From Dictyostelium discoideum (lineage: Eukaryota), in the NCBI GenBank assembly GCA_000004695.1, contig CM000150.2, positions 2,080,001 to 2,144,000 on the forward strand: a stretch of DNA of 64,000 nt, given 5' to 3'. The notes below the pieces were generated by a model that was not told where the DNA came from, did no database searches, and saw nothing but the letters and a program-made list of their open reading frames with translations. Position numbers and translations under genes: made by a program. This document shows positions 63,886 through 64,000 of this stretch, in pieces (within the stretch, counting starts at the first letter, position 1; each line of letters begins with the position of its first letter).

Positions 63886-64000
63886 AAGTGGTTTTATCAG
63901 TTGTATTTACTGAAATTAAATAACCTTCTCTATCATTTGATAAATTGATTAAACTATTTAATGATTTTGGTATTGTTAATTTAAAAGTTATACTTCTACT
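61889..64000 (-). CDS. Large EGF-like-repeat type I membrane protein. The 3' portion and stop are in the window; the 5' end lies beyond 64000
   Basis: The minus-strand ORF is open from the window edge: ...CSGNGICDSSLNCICNKGYTSYDCSIKF... (EGF-like), extracellular Asn-rich region, TM helix YYFIGACGVLGIVILLGSLIFI, then a cytoplasmic tail with poly-Q/poly-N and PPxY-like SPPRY, ending ...KVGEGCKTQ* at 61889. Confidence 0.65.

Overview
This window is nuclear DNA with the hallmarks of Dictyostelium discoideum. It is about 75-80% AT, has long poly(A)/poly(T) tracts, (AAT)n, (CAA)n and (ATT)n microsatellites inside coding regions (poly-Asn, poly-Gln), and short introns that start GTAAGT or GTATGT and end AG. 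I read about 25 protein-coding genes on both strands and two tRNA genes (Asp-GUC and Val-AAC). There are also several pseudogenes or gene fragments and a number of local duplications.

Genes I can name from conserved motifs:
- APC10/Doc1
- a KDM5-type JmjN-ARID-JmjC demethylase
- a GH38 alpha-mannosidase
- two tandem paralogous nodulin-like MFS transporters
- a GCKR-like SIS-domain protein
- a YL1_C-domain (Ies6/Vps72-like) protein
- a monoglyceride-lipase-like hydrolase fused to a long coiled-coil repeat array
- FNIP-repeat proteins
- a PSI-domain membrane protein
- a GATA transcription factor
- a TBC Rab-GAP
- a ProX/YbaK-like deacylase
- a G-protein alpha subunit with degenerate nucleotide-binding motifs
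- a class I cAMP/cGMP phosphodiesterase
- alpha-actinin (abpA, 861 aa)
- an EGF-like type I membrane protein that runs off the window end

The most unusual locus is a roughly 2.6 kb segment at 53.7-56.35 kb. It is bounded by about 80-100 bp inverted repeats and has locally raised GC content. It carries a bacterial/phage-type tail-collar-domain ORF interrupted by a single in-frame TAA, next to a frameshifted small membrane-peptide-like ORF. That is consistent with a horizontally acquired cassette or a non-autonomous mobile element that is now decaying.

The supplied ORF track labels some TTG-initiated frames as M, so I did not trust its start coordinates. Exon boundaries were worked out by hand and may be off by a few bases.
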